A DNA stretch of 64,000 nt. Source: Camelus dromedarius (Eukaryota). Of the stretch, positions 12,304 to 24,990 are shown piece after piece. Under the pieces are notes generated by a model that worked only from the letters and a program-made list of their open reading frames with translations, had not been told where the DNA came from and ran no database searches. Each line of letters opens with the position of its first letter. Position 1 is the first letter of the stretch. The stretch covers positions 73,720,001 to 73,784,000 of the forward strand of contig NC_087437.1 in NCBI RefSeq assembly GCF_036321535.1, written 5' to 3'. Position numbers and translations under genes: made by a program.

Positions 12304-13852
12304 AAGACTCATATGGTTGCAGAAGTTCATCATGGTTAAGCAGTTTCAGAAGTACTGAGGGGACGTTAGAGATGCAGGTCTCTCATGCAGCATCCAGGCA
12401 CCAGTTCTAGTGGTGCAGTTTGCTTTTCTTCCTGGCTCTTAGGCAGAAGATATCACCGGGGATCCAGATAAGAAAACAGGAAAGGAATGATGCCAGTCTT
12501 CTATCCAGCACTCCAGGAAACCCTGAAGTTTTTGAGGCACTTACGCAAGTGAAGGCTACTAGGCACAGAAATGTGTTTATCAATGCTAATGTGAATTCAT
12601 TTGTACCACAAGCTGGTAAGTCCTAGAGCAATGCAGGCTAATGAGAATATCCAACAGTCATTAAGGGTAGCTTTAATCCTGTATGCTTTTATATCAATGA
12701 CTTTGTTTCTCAATATCTTGGAATTATTTTTTTTCTTCCTGAATCCATCTTCAAATTGACTCCTTCAAGTTGAAACCAAAGAGTATTGAGTCCTGTTAAA
12801 ATCAATAAGAAATTGTCTTTGTTATCATGATTTTACAGAAATTCATAGAAAACCTTTTATATTCCTTATTCGTACAACTGCATTTGTGTAACTTCATTGT
12901 TTGTTACAACTGCATTCCTGTCTCATCTCTTGTCTATTCAGGTAGATGTTAGATCCTCCTTTAATCAGTTTACTTCCAAGAAGAAATTTCAGAGAAATTT
13001 GACTTAATTTCTGCTGGAATGACTATTGGTACAAGTTGAATTTCAAGTGCCTTCATTTCTACTGAAATCCCAAAGCAGGGTATCCATGTGGTTGCTTTCA
13101 TCGTTCTTGACTGATGTCCTCCACTTACCTAAGGCAGAGCCATTGCAGATTTGGCAGTCAGACCCTACATGCCTACCAGCTCATCTCCCAGTATCTCCTC
13201 CTCCTCATTAAACACGCTGTATTGAGCATTGCCAGAACCAACACTAGACTCCTGGGTGTCTAATTATTAACTTCACTCTCAGCCACAGCTGTTCACTAAG
13301 ACTGCTTCTGTGGCTTTTCACAGCAACTGCTGGCAGTGTTTTGCCCTCTATCCTCTAGTGACTTCTTTCCCTTAGTAATCTGTTAGAAGGAAACATATCA
13401 GAAAGCTTTTTGGAAAAGCTAAGCAAATTATACTTACTGGGTTACTTATATACGATGCTACAAGTAGATCTTACTTAAAATGGGGGGTGGTTCATGGATT
13501 AGAGACACTTCTTTTTTTTTTTTCCTTTTCTGAGAGTTGTTTCTTTGACTCTGTAAACTTTATACTATAGACCTACTAGTTGCCCTTAATTAAATTCTCA
13601 ATTACCCAAGAATGAAAATTGTTTTTATTAGGATGTGGTTTCTTAAATTTCCTTTGGAAGCTCCCATATTTGTATGATATGTGCCATGTTAAAGGGCAGC
13701 TTTCAGGCACATTGATTGTGAGTTTGAATAACAAAATATGATCTATCCAACATAGAAATTTATCATAAAGACTCAAAGTAAATATGTGAATTTATTCCCA
13801 TGTATCTGCTGGCCTAAGTTGGCTCAGGTTTAGCATATTTAAGTTTACTAGG

Positions 13853-14356
13853 TATGAAGGTAATTTTACATGTCAGCTTGACTGGGCGACAGGGTGCCAG
13901 ATACTGGGTGTTTCTTTGAGTGTGTCTTTGGATGAGATTAACATTTCACTAGATGGACTGAGTAAAGCAGGTCGCCCTCCCTGCTGTAGCTGAGCTTCAT
14001 CCAATCAGCTGAAAAAGTAAATAGAATAAAAAGGCTGACCGACCTGAGTAAGAGAAAATTCTTTCTGTCTGACTGTGTTGAAGCTAGGGCACAGCTTTTT
14101 TCCTGCCTTCAGACTTGAGCTGAAATGTCACCTCTTCCTGGGTCTTAAGTCTGCTGGCCTTCAGACTGGACCACCATAGGCTCTCCTGAGTCTCCAGCTT
14201 GCTGACTCGCTCTGCAGATCGTGGGGCTTGCTTGCCTCCTTAATTGTGTGAACCAGTTCCTTATGAAAAGTCTGTCTGCCTACTCGTCTATCCACATGCA
14301 AACACACACACACACATCTTACTTGTCTGTTTCTCTGGAGAGCACTGACTGACACA
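13853..14356 (+). mobile_element. MLT2 (ERVL) solo LTR
   Basis: Start aattttacatgtcagcttgactgggc; gatgagattaacattt; gactgagtaaagcag; end gtctgtttctctggagagcactgactgacaca. Internal (CA)n at about 14302-14316. Confidence 0.92.
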
Positions 14357-14489
14357 CTAAAAGGGAACCTCATACAAACTTTTCGAGGTTTAATAAAAAC
14401 TGAGGCTGAAGGAGGTTAAAAGGCTCTTCCAAGCTAAATAGTGATAGTAAAGTTTGGGCTCAGGATATAATGGAGGAAAATTCAAAAAA

Positions 14490-15345
14490 CATGATTCTCC
14501 CCGCCACAAGATATGGGATAAACCAGGGTGGTTGGTCCTACCAGCACTGACCATCTGCAACAGATCTTAGCTACAGATGGATGAGGCAATCACAGAGGCT
14601 TTCCTGGGGGACTGGGATGGCATGGTGAAGGATCCATCATGGGCTGGATCAGAATGAATCTGAACTGGATCAGGTAGTCTACACCTGACAGTGCCAGTTG
14701 ATGTCCCAGTGCCTTTTCGAGTAATGAGAGAGATGATACTAAATGCAGCGTCGCAATGTGAAAGAAGAACCTAAGGAAAGACTCTGGAGAGCCTTATTCA
14801 CAGAACCACAGGAGCTACAGGACTTTAGGTAGCTCAGTGCAATAACCATGCATGCCCAGCTCTCTAGGAGAGATTCCCATTGTTACAAAGCTAAGAGGGC
14901 TGCATGGCCACATCCAGCACACAGATACAAAGTTGATCAGGAAAGGGACCCAGGGACCATAGTAACTCTGCCATGACTTGTTCCGTGTCTTCAAGAAATG
15001 AGAAGGGGAACTGGTAACAGAAGAGATTAACTTTATCTAGACTAAAGACCAAGCCTCTAGTCAATTACAGGGCCAACTGTGACTGATAAGGTGGCATATG
15101 GCCTGACTGCTATCTCTCCATGCCATCCTGAGGGGGAGAGGGGGCAGGGTGGCAGGCCCCGCCTCAGGTTCCCTGCTTTGTCCCTCCCCAGGTCCTCACT
15201 TATGGGGCTGTGCGTGGTTCCTGCTGCTACTAGCTCTGACTGAGTGTAGAAGCTGTCCTCCTAAGGCAGGAGCTTCTGCCCCAGCCTGAGACAGATAGGC
15301 TTTAGGGTTATGTTCTATCACTGAGCCGAGGATCTGGTGGCACAG
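14490..15345 (+). mobile_element. Possible highly decayed Gypsy-type (MamGyp-like) internal fragment with PPT and LTR remnant
   Basis: Interrupted frame from 14571: LQMDEAITEAFLGDWDGMVKD...VPFRVMREMILNAASQCERR. CYK...GHIQ at 14881-14917. Purine tract at 15130-15144 followed by ggtggcagg. Confidence 0.35.
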
Positions 15346-15924
15346 TTAATAGCTGAATCACCAGGCTGCCAGATTTGTCCCAGATCCCTTCCTTCTCCCA
15401 ACTCCCTTCCTTCGGTATGTCTTCTCGCTTTTTTCTCTTTCCCTTGGTAACTATCTGAAAAACTTGTCTTGCCCCTTTTACTTAGTTCTTAAATTGCTTA
15501 TCAGGTGTAGAGCTCTGACCAGCCTGTGAGACTGGCTTGGGCCCTCTACTTCACTTTCCATTACACTGCACATTTGGACTTGGGTAGATTTTATTTCCAT
15601 TTGACCTGTCTCAGTTGATTCTAGACCAGCGACATTGGAGTGAGGTGGCATTGATCTCAGGAGCTGACCTGGAGGTGGGTTGGGAGTCATCCTAGGCAGG
15701 GGCCAAAAGGAATAGGATCTAATACCTAGAGGAGTTAGGGCTGAAGTGGAAACTAGGGTGGGTTCAAGATATCAAGTCAGGGAGGTTGGAATTACAGCAT
15801 CAGTAACTAAAATAGGACCAGTGATGGGTTTAGTAGACAGAGCTTGGCTGGATCTGCTGAGCTCCAGGGTCCTGGAGGCTGCAGGCTTGTGGAAAACAGC
15901 AGAGAGCTCTGCCTTCTGTTGGGG

Positions 15925-16150
15925 TGAGCGGTTAAGGCACCTTTAGGATCCTTCATGTTAAATGAGTGCTTCACCTTTTTCTAGCTGTGTGACCTTTGGT
16001 AAATTACGTAATTCCTCTTACTTTCCGTTTCTTTGTCTACAGCCTGAAGGCAATAAGCCTCTCTCACAGACTACTGTGAGGATCACAGGTAGAGAGGATG
16101 CAGTTACTCACGGACGTGGCTGGTGTGAGGGCTCATCAGACGGTCACTCT
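15925..16150 (+). mobile_element. MIR SINE
   Basis: ctagctgtgtgacctttggtaaattac ... ctgtgaggat. Confidence 0.75.
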
Positions 16151-16669
16151 CAGTACAGCCCAGTCACTTGCTAACTGAATGGCCTTGGGAACTCATTTTA
16201 CATTTTTAGGCTTCTGTGTCTTGTCCAGCGAATGAAGAGATCAAATCAGATCATCTCTAAGTCCTTCCAACTCAAACACCCTAAAATCTATTTGAAGATC
16301 TTAGTTGGCAAAAGAGTCTGGCTTTCCAAGACAATTTTGCAACCACCCTGCAACTTAGGCCCAAATCCACAAATTAGATTAGATCCCATTATTATTATTA
16401 TTTTTTAAAACCTTTTGAAACATTAAAGCCTACATATATGTTTAAATAACCTAGTCAAATTTGTGCTCCCTGCAGAGGTCTTTTCATTATTCTTTTTCAT
16501 TAAAATAAAAATCCCTCTGGTTGACTTTCTAAATGTGTTTTTGTTAGGCCTTCAGCCTGTTGTTAACCATTTTCAACCTAATATTAAACTCCGTCCTCCT
16601 AAACCTGAGTGCTCTGCTACCCCCTGAGACGTCACCCACGATGATGATAGAGTGGGCATTTAATATGCT

Positions 16670-16693
16670 AAATAATAATAAATAATAATAATA
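16670..16693. repeat. (AAT)n microsatellite, interrupted
   Basis: Seen directly. Confidence 0.85.
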
Positions 16694-19279
16694 GAAAATC
16701 AGAGTATGTAGTGATCACTGGCCTCCCAACAGGGGTCTGTCACTCACTTCCTTTATCAGTCATTTCTACTGTAACATTCTGCATTGAAATGGGAGGGAAA
16801 AACCCTGCCAGCAGCAAATGCCTCCAGGCTCCAGGCTGTGGTAAATAGGGTATCTAATATCCAGAAAATGAATATGCGGCCTCCAGAGAAACATATGCAA
16901 TGAAGGGAAATGGATTCTCAGATTAGGAAGTTTAGTACCGAGGAAGAAAGGGACCTAATTTGCAAAAGAAAAGAGTAGATGTAGTTGATTTCCTCCCTAC
17001 GGATAAACGGCTCTTGGATGTAGTTTTTCCTCTTCTTCATTTCAAAAGCTTTAAGTCAAGGGTTTCCTGTTCCTTTATGTTCCATAAACCAAGTCATTCA
17101 GATAAGCAGCCCTTTGCTCTATCAACTAATTACTTTCTGATTTGCTTTGATCTATTATTCAGGCAGTAAATTCCAGTTTCATTGCACCCATAATGTGAAG
17201 CCCAAATGTAATCACTGTTGCGAAAGGAGCTAACTGAAGAGCTGTCTATTTGAACGAGGCATTGCCTTTTTCTCTGGAAGTGTGGTGTGGTATACATTCA
17301 CTTCCCATGCCATTCAGGCAACTGACCTTGTTGCAAACCCCGTTGACGCTCTGGGTCCTTTTGCCAGAAAACGATCATTTAAGAATCACGCTTTTGAAAT
17401 TGTAAGTTATATGTGATGCTATTTTGTATACTGTTCCTGTATGTTAAGATAAAATATGATATGATATGATGGTTAATTCATGAATTAAAGTTTTGTTTTT
17501 TGGTTTTTTTTGAGCAGTGGCTTATGGAATCAGTACTTCACAGTCAAATCTTCACAAACATTGTCAACTTTGCTGCAAAGTTATTTCTTCTCTGGCTCAA
17601 CTGCAATAAAAAATATTCCTGCATAAATTATTATTGTTTTCCTAATTCATCTGAGCAAATTAGGTTTATAAATTAGAATTCCCTTACAATCTATTGAATT
17701 CACATCACTCCATATATTCAGAGCCAAGAGAGTCATTTGTGAGAATGTTAAAGGCTGCTATGATTACTTTTACTTTGATCTATGTGAAAATACAATTCAC
17801 TAACTATTTGGCTTTAAGAAAAATATCAATTTTTCCAAAATCCCACACAAATAAGAGTTTGAACTCTTCAAATGATTCTATAAAATAAAACAATATTCTG
17901 ACTGTGGCTTTTCTTTGAAATTTATTCTTTATCATCTCTTTTCCTTCCTTTCCCCCTTTTCTTTCCCTCCCTCTATACCTCTCTGCATATGTAGCCATGT
18001 GGACTAGTGGGCAGTAGGTGATTTCAATTCCTTGTAACCTGGCTGCAAAGAGGGGCTTGGGCCACTGATTCCAACTCTCTGGGTCCTTATGGCCTATGGG
18101 AAGGGGGCAGGAAGAGCCGCTGTGCAGGTGGGTGCCCTGAATGGGTTCCTGGAGGATAGAGCCGGAATGAAGGGGAGGCCCCACCACCACCCTGTGGTCT
18201 TCCAGCACTGGCCCCTGCCTATGCTGTCACAATGCTGCACTATTGGTTAATATTTTAGTCTCCAGATTCTGATTTATGCCTATGCAAAAAATAAATTATG
18301 CCCAGGATTAAAAAAACAAACAAAACAAGATCTGTGTTCCAGACTGGTTCTAAGCATGGAAGGGATTCCATAGGACATGAATTCCAAAGCATTCAGATCT
18401 TTTTATGGACATTTCTCCTTCAGACACTGCCTGGATAGCTTTTAAGATTCTGGGCACATTGAAAGAGCAGTTGATTTTATTAGATTAGCTCTTCATTAAG
18501 CAATGCTTTAACATACATTCCTCGAGCTCGGTCATTTGGCCTTAGACATAGTTGATCAGCTATTCTGAGCTATCTTTCTTTGTGGTCTTTCAGCAGTTAG
18601 TTCTCTCACACCTCCATCCCCCCTACTCCCAGCCCCATGTAGCAACTTTTCTAAAAAAATTTATCTGGTTCCCTGAAGTTAGCTGTGTTTTACTAGAGCA
18701 TCAAGAATTTGGTTTATAATAAAACTGCTATTTTCCTTTTACATTATTTTCCCTGGCAAGGGTTTTGGAGCAAGGTGAATTTGGCCTCTTTGAGAGCTGG
18801 GGGTTTGATAATAATTAACTAACTTTCTTGATAACTAGAAGGCAGTGAGAAATTTGAAGGCCATAGTACCTGTTGTATAACTGGCTAGCAGCCTTGTTAC
18901 TTGTTCTCTCCTGAAACGAAAAGAATGATTGAATTGTGTTCTGATCTTATCTATTGTGAAAGAGTTCTTGGTTTATAAGTTGGATTGGAAGGATCTGGTG
19001 CAGCACAAATAAAACTGGATGTTAGTGGTAGCTTGTGGGTTTTCTTAGTCTTTGGTTTCTAAGAGCAGAATTACATGACTTTGCAAATAAGGAGGTAGTT
19101 GGTATTTAAAGTCAATATCACAACTATAAAAATTACTGAGTGTTCAGATTTTTTATATTATGAAATTCCTGCTGTTGACAAAACCTGACCCAGTTCAATT
19201 GCTTTCACATTTCACTGCAAAGTACTTTTGGAGTTGTCTTGTCTTCCATCATACTAGAAGAAAAATCATCTTTTTGGCT

Positions 19280-19460
19280 GCTTGATCTCTAACTCTCTGA
19301 ACCAACTTCCTCATTAGTAAAATGGAAATAAGTATAGTTTTTTTCCCATTAGGTTGGGATAGGATTGAATGAGATCATGTAAGTGGTTTAAGTGAGATAA
19401 TATATGTAAAGTGTTTTGGATGGTGCCTGACATACAGCAAGCACTCAATAAATATCAGCC
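19280..19460 (+). mobile_element. MIR SINE
   Basis: ttcctcattagtaaaatggaaataa ... gtgcctgacatacagcaagcactcaataaat. Confidence 0.8.
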
Positions 19461-20279
19461 CTCACAATCATTATCATCCTTATCACCATCATTATCATCT
19501 AAGTCATTTCGCTCCTAGTGAGTTTAATTTTGAAATAAATTGTCCCTTCAAACTTTAGTAATTGGAGGGTGAGAGACTTACTGGGTGTTGTACTTCCAGG
19601 TTCCTACCATCAGTTTGGTCAATCTAGAAATATGCTCAGGGTCAAAACCACTCTTGAACCCTCCTTGTAGGTAGAAAGAGAGAAATGCTATTAACTGTGG
19701 TGGGGCTTTATGTAAAGAGAAAAGCTATCTTTATTTATCCCTTTCCCCAAGTTTTATTTTCCATTGATTTGTAGAAAGTTGAATAATGATAGAACGTCCC
19801 CAAACCTATTTTGCCCCACATCCACCTCCTGGGTTATTAAAATATTCTTGGAATCTTTATATTTGTCAAATCAAAATCTCCTAATTGCACAGTTTATATA
19901 AGATCCCATAGCATATGGTCTACTGCAAAAATACTTTTGATTTGTGGCACCTGTTTTTGACCACTCTTGAATGTTTTCAGTACTCTATTCAGGAAGCCTT
20001 CAGTGCATATTGCTGAAGTTTATCTTATCATAGACCATGCTACTTTGACTGATGATAAATATGGTGCTTTCGAGTGGTGGAGCAGGGCTGAAATCCACCT
20101 AGGTGTAGTCAGAGGAAAGGACATGTCCTAGTTGGCAGCTGTGGTGCGGGCAGTCTCCTGCGTATTTTACCCTCCACTAACTTGGTACAAATGAATGGAA
20201 AGAAAAGCTTATACTATAGAATATTCACTATATGCAAGTAACTTTACTTAATAAAAGGTAATATTTACAGAATGTTTTG

Positions 20280-20470
20280 TATATGTGTTACATAATTCAA
20301 CTTATATAGTCCTAAGCTATAAAGTCTCTGAGATAGATACACTTATTCTTCCTGTTTTACGTTTACGGATGAGAGACTTGAAACACAGAAAACTGATACA
20401 ACGTGCTTAGGTTACCAAGCTAGGAAGAGGCAGAACTGAGACTTGAAGCCAGGAGATCTGGAGCATCACC
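20280..20470 (-). mobile_element. MIR SINE
   Basis: tttacggatgagagacttgaaacacagaaa ... ggcagaactgagacttgaagccagg. Confidence 0.75.
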
Positions 20471-22559
20471 ACCATGTAGTTCCTACAGCAACCCTCTGAG
20501 TGGGTATCAGAGGAGGAACCGAAGCTCAGGGGGAGCGAAGTCACTTAAACTTGCTTTCCACCCTCTACAACACTCAGATAAGGAGAGAAGTGTCATCTCA
20601 TACATATCTGTGATCAATTATGTCTTGGTTAAAGGCAAACAAAAAGCAGGTTTGGATGTGGTCATGCCCCCCTGTAGTTGTCTGCCAGAGTCCTGTGTGC
20701 TGTCCCAGGTAAGCAAGGCAGCGAAGGGGCTCAGGAGAGTGCAGGGCAGGTGTGAGGAGACAGTGAGGTCTCTGGGAGCACATTTGAAAGTAGGTTTGCA
20801 GCCCTCCTGGCACACCTGCTGGCTTATGAGAAGCTGACCAAAGATCCAGATGGACTGATCTTGTTCTCTGAGGCATGATCCCTGCTGGGCTGTCTCCCAC
20901 CTACCGGCAGGGGAGGCGGGGTTAGCATCCTCCTCCACCTGGAGGAAACCTCTGCAGCTGCTGTTGGTCAGACTGAAACGAAGGTAGGAAAGAAGAGAAC
21001 CAAAGCAGGGAGACAGTAAGAAGGAAAGGAGAGGGAGTAAAAGAGAAGTAGAGAAGGCAGGGTAGAGGAAAGGAGCCCGGAGCTGGAGTTTATCCACCCC
21101 TGGCTGAGGTGAGAGTGGGCCTGCCCTGGACCCAGGGGTCTCCTGTTCTCCTGCTCCTGGGGAGAAAGCAGGTTTCTTCCTCTGAGGTCTCAGAAGCCTG
21201 CACCAGCCAAAAAATTCATTTGAAAAATTAAATTATGTCTGAAGAGCAAGTGCCCTCCAAAAGGCCCTGGAGGTCAGAACAATCAGGATTTAAATTAATT
21301 GCTTAATGGGAAAAGAAACATTTCTGAGAACAATGCCGATAATTTGTTAAAACTAGGGTATGTTTGTAACTCTTTGAAATAAATTGAATTGCTGGTTATA
21401 AGAATTAATGCTTATAGAGAAATTGTGATTGAAATCCCTGAAGTTAAGTATTAATTCCTTCAAGCAATTGGTAATTAGTGAAGAATTGTGCACTTGCAGT
21501 CAGTATTACATTCAACACTTAATTATATACTGTCTCAAATTGTTTCCTGGTTGTTGCATGTATGTTGGTCTTGTCTCCCTGAACCTGATCATAAACTCGG
21601 CGAGAGTAAGTGTTGGGATTTGTTCTTTTATTGGTGTCTCTCGCTGCGCCTAGCACAACTCTAAACACACACAGCGGCTCAAAGGTTGATGGATGCTGAC
21701 TGGAATACATCCAAGAGCTTAGGAAAATTTTGCCTTTTCAAAAAAAAATTATTTCGTTATCCCAGCATGCCAAGAGCAGGACAAGTTTCTCAGGAGAAAC
21801 AAAAAAGTGAATGCGTGTGTGATTGTATGTGTTAAAGGGAGTAGGGAATTTGAAAGAGGACGTCCTATTTGAGTGAAAAGAAATTGTAGCTGACTGGAGG
21901 TCAAGCACTTGCTGTGGAACAGCTTGATGTAGGTTTGTTGATTTACCTACATTTTGCAATGTCTGAAAATAGTCGTTAGGCCTGCAAGGGGATCGGGAAC
22001 AGAGGGCTTCGGTGCTGCATGGCTGCCTCAGAATCTTCTGGGACCTCCATACTTTTCAGAAGCTTTGTCTGTGACTTGTTTATAAAAAAGCAACTGAAAA
22101 AACAAGGCTTTGCTGCTGTCCATTAGTAAGTGACAAAAATAAAATATTTACCATTATGTTTACTAAGTTTAAATTCATTTCTCCATGTCAGAAGCCTATG
22201 AGCAGTCTTAGTATCAGGAATATTCACTCATATTTTTATATTTTTCAGTAAGTCAGTCTCCCACTTAAAAACATTTAATGCGTGCATCTTAACAACAGCT
22301 GTCTTTGAAAGAATCCTGAAGATTATTATTCGGTGAAGAATTGTGTCTTATATGTATTCACTTTAATTTTTTTTTTATGAAAGGTGACAGTAGTGGAGGA
22401 AGGCTAAGAAAAGATAAACAAACTTCTACTTTACAATGATTGTAAGGTAATTAAGAGATGGCTAACGATTATACTACCTCACATCAAATCCAAGTAGTTC
22501 CCTTACATGAAGGAAAGGCCCTCTATAAATATTTCGCGTATTTATTTCTCAGAACTCTT

Positions 22560-23010
22560 TCCCACTGCTTTTCATATTACATACTAAATTCCAGTAACTT
22601 CAGGTTGCTTATGGCTCCCACATACAACACATTTTTTCTAATTCTGTGATTTTGCTTGGCCTCGAAGACCCTTCTTTTTCTTGGTAACTCTTGACTTATC
22701 CTTGAACACTTTTCCTGGGCACATCCTCCAGAATGTCCCTCTCCCCAGATCCTCAGATTGAACTCAGGGCCCTAATGGTGCATCTGTGGCACTCGGGCAC
22801 CCTAGCATGCCTCAGTGCCATCTCCTTCCACGTTGTAGAAAAAATCTGATCCGATGTGTATCTTCTCCACTAAGCTGCAAATCCACATCTATTTTTTTCC
22901 TCCTCCTCCACCCACCTCCTTATCTCTCTCTCATTCTTTTTCTCTTTCTTTCCTCCAATGACCAGCACAGTGCCTAGCAGCACACAGAAAGCACTCTGTG
23001 AGTGCTCTAC
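22560..23010 (+). mobile_element. L2 LINE 3' fragment
   Basis: tctccactaagctgcaa ... ccagcacagtgcctagca, the L2 3'-end pattern. Confidence 0.6.
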
Positions 23011-23147
23011 AAGTTCTGGTAGGTATTGCCACTGTTGTAATTAAAGCGCTGAGGCTGAGAATGGAGACTTCTGTGTAATTGAAGTAACCAATATTATAGA
23101 TTAAACTTTTTCCAGATGAGGGAGGGTGTAAGGTTGTCCTTTATATC

Positions 23148-23208
23148 TGCGTCTGTGTGTGTGCGCGCGTGTGTGCGTGCATGTGTGTGCATGTGCGTGT
23201 GTGTGTGT
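23148..23208. repeat. (TG)n/(CG)n alternating purine-pyrimidine microsatellite
   Basis: tgtgtgtgtgcgcgcgtgtgtgcgtgcatgtg... seen directly. Confidence 0.95.
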
Positions 23209-24734
23209 TACTTTATCCAAGACAAGTGTATGTCCTGAATGTTTTCCCCTGACAGGATTTTAGAGGAAATAGAATTATTTGAATTTTTGGCTTTGCTTAT
23301 GTTTAGGATTCTCAAACACTTGAAAATATGATTGTATTTGAAACATGGAATTTTACATTAGATAATAAAATTTTATACCTAGTGGAGTAGTGGGGCTATT
23401 TAAATGTAAGAAGCTTAATAATGACTGTTCTTTTCAAATCTTCAAAATGCACAGTCATTAATTATTTTAGAAGGAATAAGTGAATCAAACAATGTAGTAT
23501 AGTAGAAAGAGCCCCGGAATGGGATTAAGATGCCTTAAATTTGCCTTTAATTGGCTATGTGACTTTGTGACTTTTGACAAGATGCCTAAACTCTCTAGTC
23601 CTTATCTTGATTAGAATAAGAAAGATTACCAGAACGGAATTTAAATTCCACTCTAAATGAATACTTTTCTGGTGTTATGATTCTACATTAAAACATTTAA
23701 GATTATCCAGGACAAATAGAATGCATGATGGCAAGGGCAGAAGTGGGGAAGGAGAGATTAAAGTGGAGTGTGTCTCACCAAGGACAACTTCTGGAAAGTC
23801 CTAATTCAGTCTTGAAAGAAGTGATGGGAAACTGTATAAGCTAGGATATAAAGGTGAGCTGAACGGCCTCTGTGATTATTTCACCTTTTATGTATCTCCC
23901 ACCTGTGGGAGGTAGAGGAAGCAGAAGGGTACACTGAAGTCAAGCTCAGATGTTCAGCCCTTAGTCACCAGGGGTAGATGGTAAAGAGGAAGCCAACAGA
24001 AGTGGATTTCCTGGGATGGCAAGAGGTCTATGATGCTTCGAAGCTCTTTCTTCTCCCCTTACAACTTTTTGAAAAAAAATATATCTTAATCATCCTTATT
24101 ACGAAGTATGATTTTCCCAGATCTGTTCTTTTTCCCTCTCATCCCAATCCTCACCTGCTCTAACATCTTTCATCTGCTGTCTCCCTGTTTCTGATCTCTC
24201 GCTGCCCTTTTTTCTTCCTGTTGCTCTGGATTTCAGGGTGATCATGATAAATGCAGTAGAATGGATTAAAAATAAATGCCTCTTTAAAAAGTACAATTAG
24301 CTAAAAATGGCTTTATCTCTTCTGTTCCTACATCTGTTATGTTTCCTTTTATGTTGTAAGTTACTCAAGTATAAACATTCATACATATGAGGTGCTTTGA
24401 TTTTGGCTTACTTGCTTAGTAGCAGTAAAACATAAAATATTGTTTTAGGTTATAGGGAAGGATAAAAAGTTATTTTTTATCATTGACCTGATCCACAGGG
24501 GAGAAAGAAAATTATAGGATCTTGGCCTTACTCTCTTTCTCTCATAAAAGAAATTCAACATTTTCCTTCATGCCCCCAACCCCTTTTTAAAATAAGAACC
24601 AGAGAACATAAAATGTTACTCAGTAGACACAGAAAATGTTTTAAAGTTTTGCATGATGGTATGGTTATTTTAAGGGAAAAAGAGACAAAGTAGATAGGAG
24701 GAAACAATGCTAAAATGAAGAGAGACATAGACAG

Positions 24735-24785
24735 ATATATATGTGTATACATATATATGTGTGTGTATATATAGAGAGAGACAGA
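24735..24785. repeat. Compound (TA)n(TG)n(GA)n microsatellite
   Basis: Seen directly. Confidence 0.85.
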
Positions 24786-24789
24786 GGCC

Positions 24790-24990
24790 AGTAGGAAGGC
24801 AAGTATAGTACAATGGCAAAAGTGTGTGCTTTGTTTCCTAATTGATGTTGGTTTTCATCCCAAGTTGCTACTCTTTTTTTTGCTGTGGGACAATTTACCC
24901 AATCCATTTCAACATCAGTTTTCCTATTTATTAAAGAGGAATAAAAATACATATTTTACTGGGTTACTTGTGGGATTAAATGAAATATGT
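24790..24990 (+). mobile_element. MIR SINE
   Basis: gctgtgggacaatttaccc ... catcagttttcctattt ... tgtgggattaaatga. Confidence 0.65.

Noticed and set aside
17804..18208. 134-aa ORF and GC-rich segment 18010-18220
   Set aside because: No recognisable domain. The segment may be an old DNA-transposon remnant, but I could not support a family call.
21980..22126. Open frame ending at a gtaagt donor
   Set aside because: The acceptor lacks a pyrimidine tract and the peptide is unrecognised.
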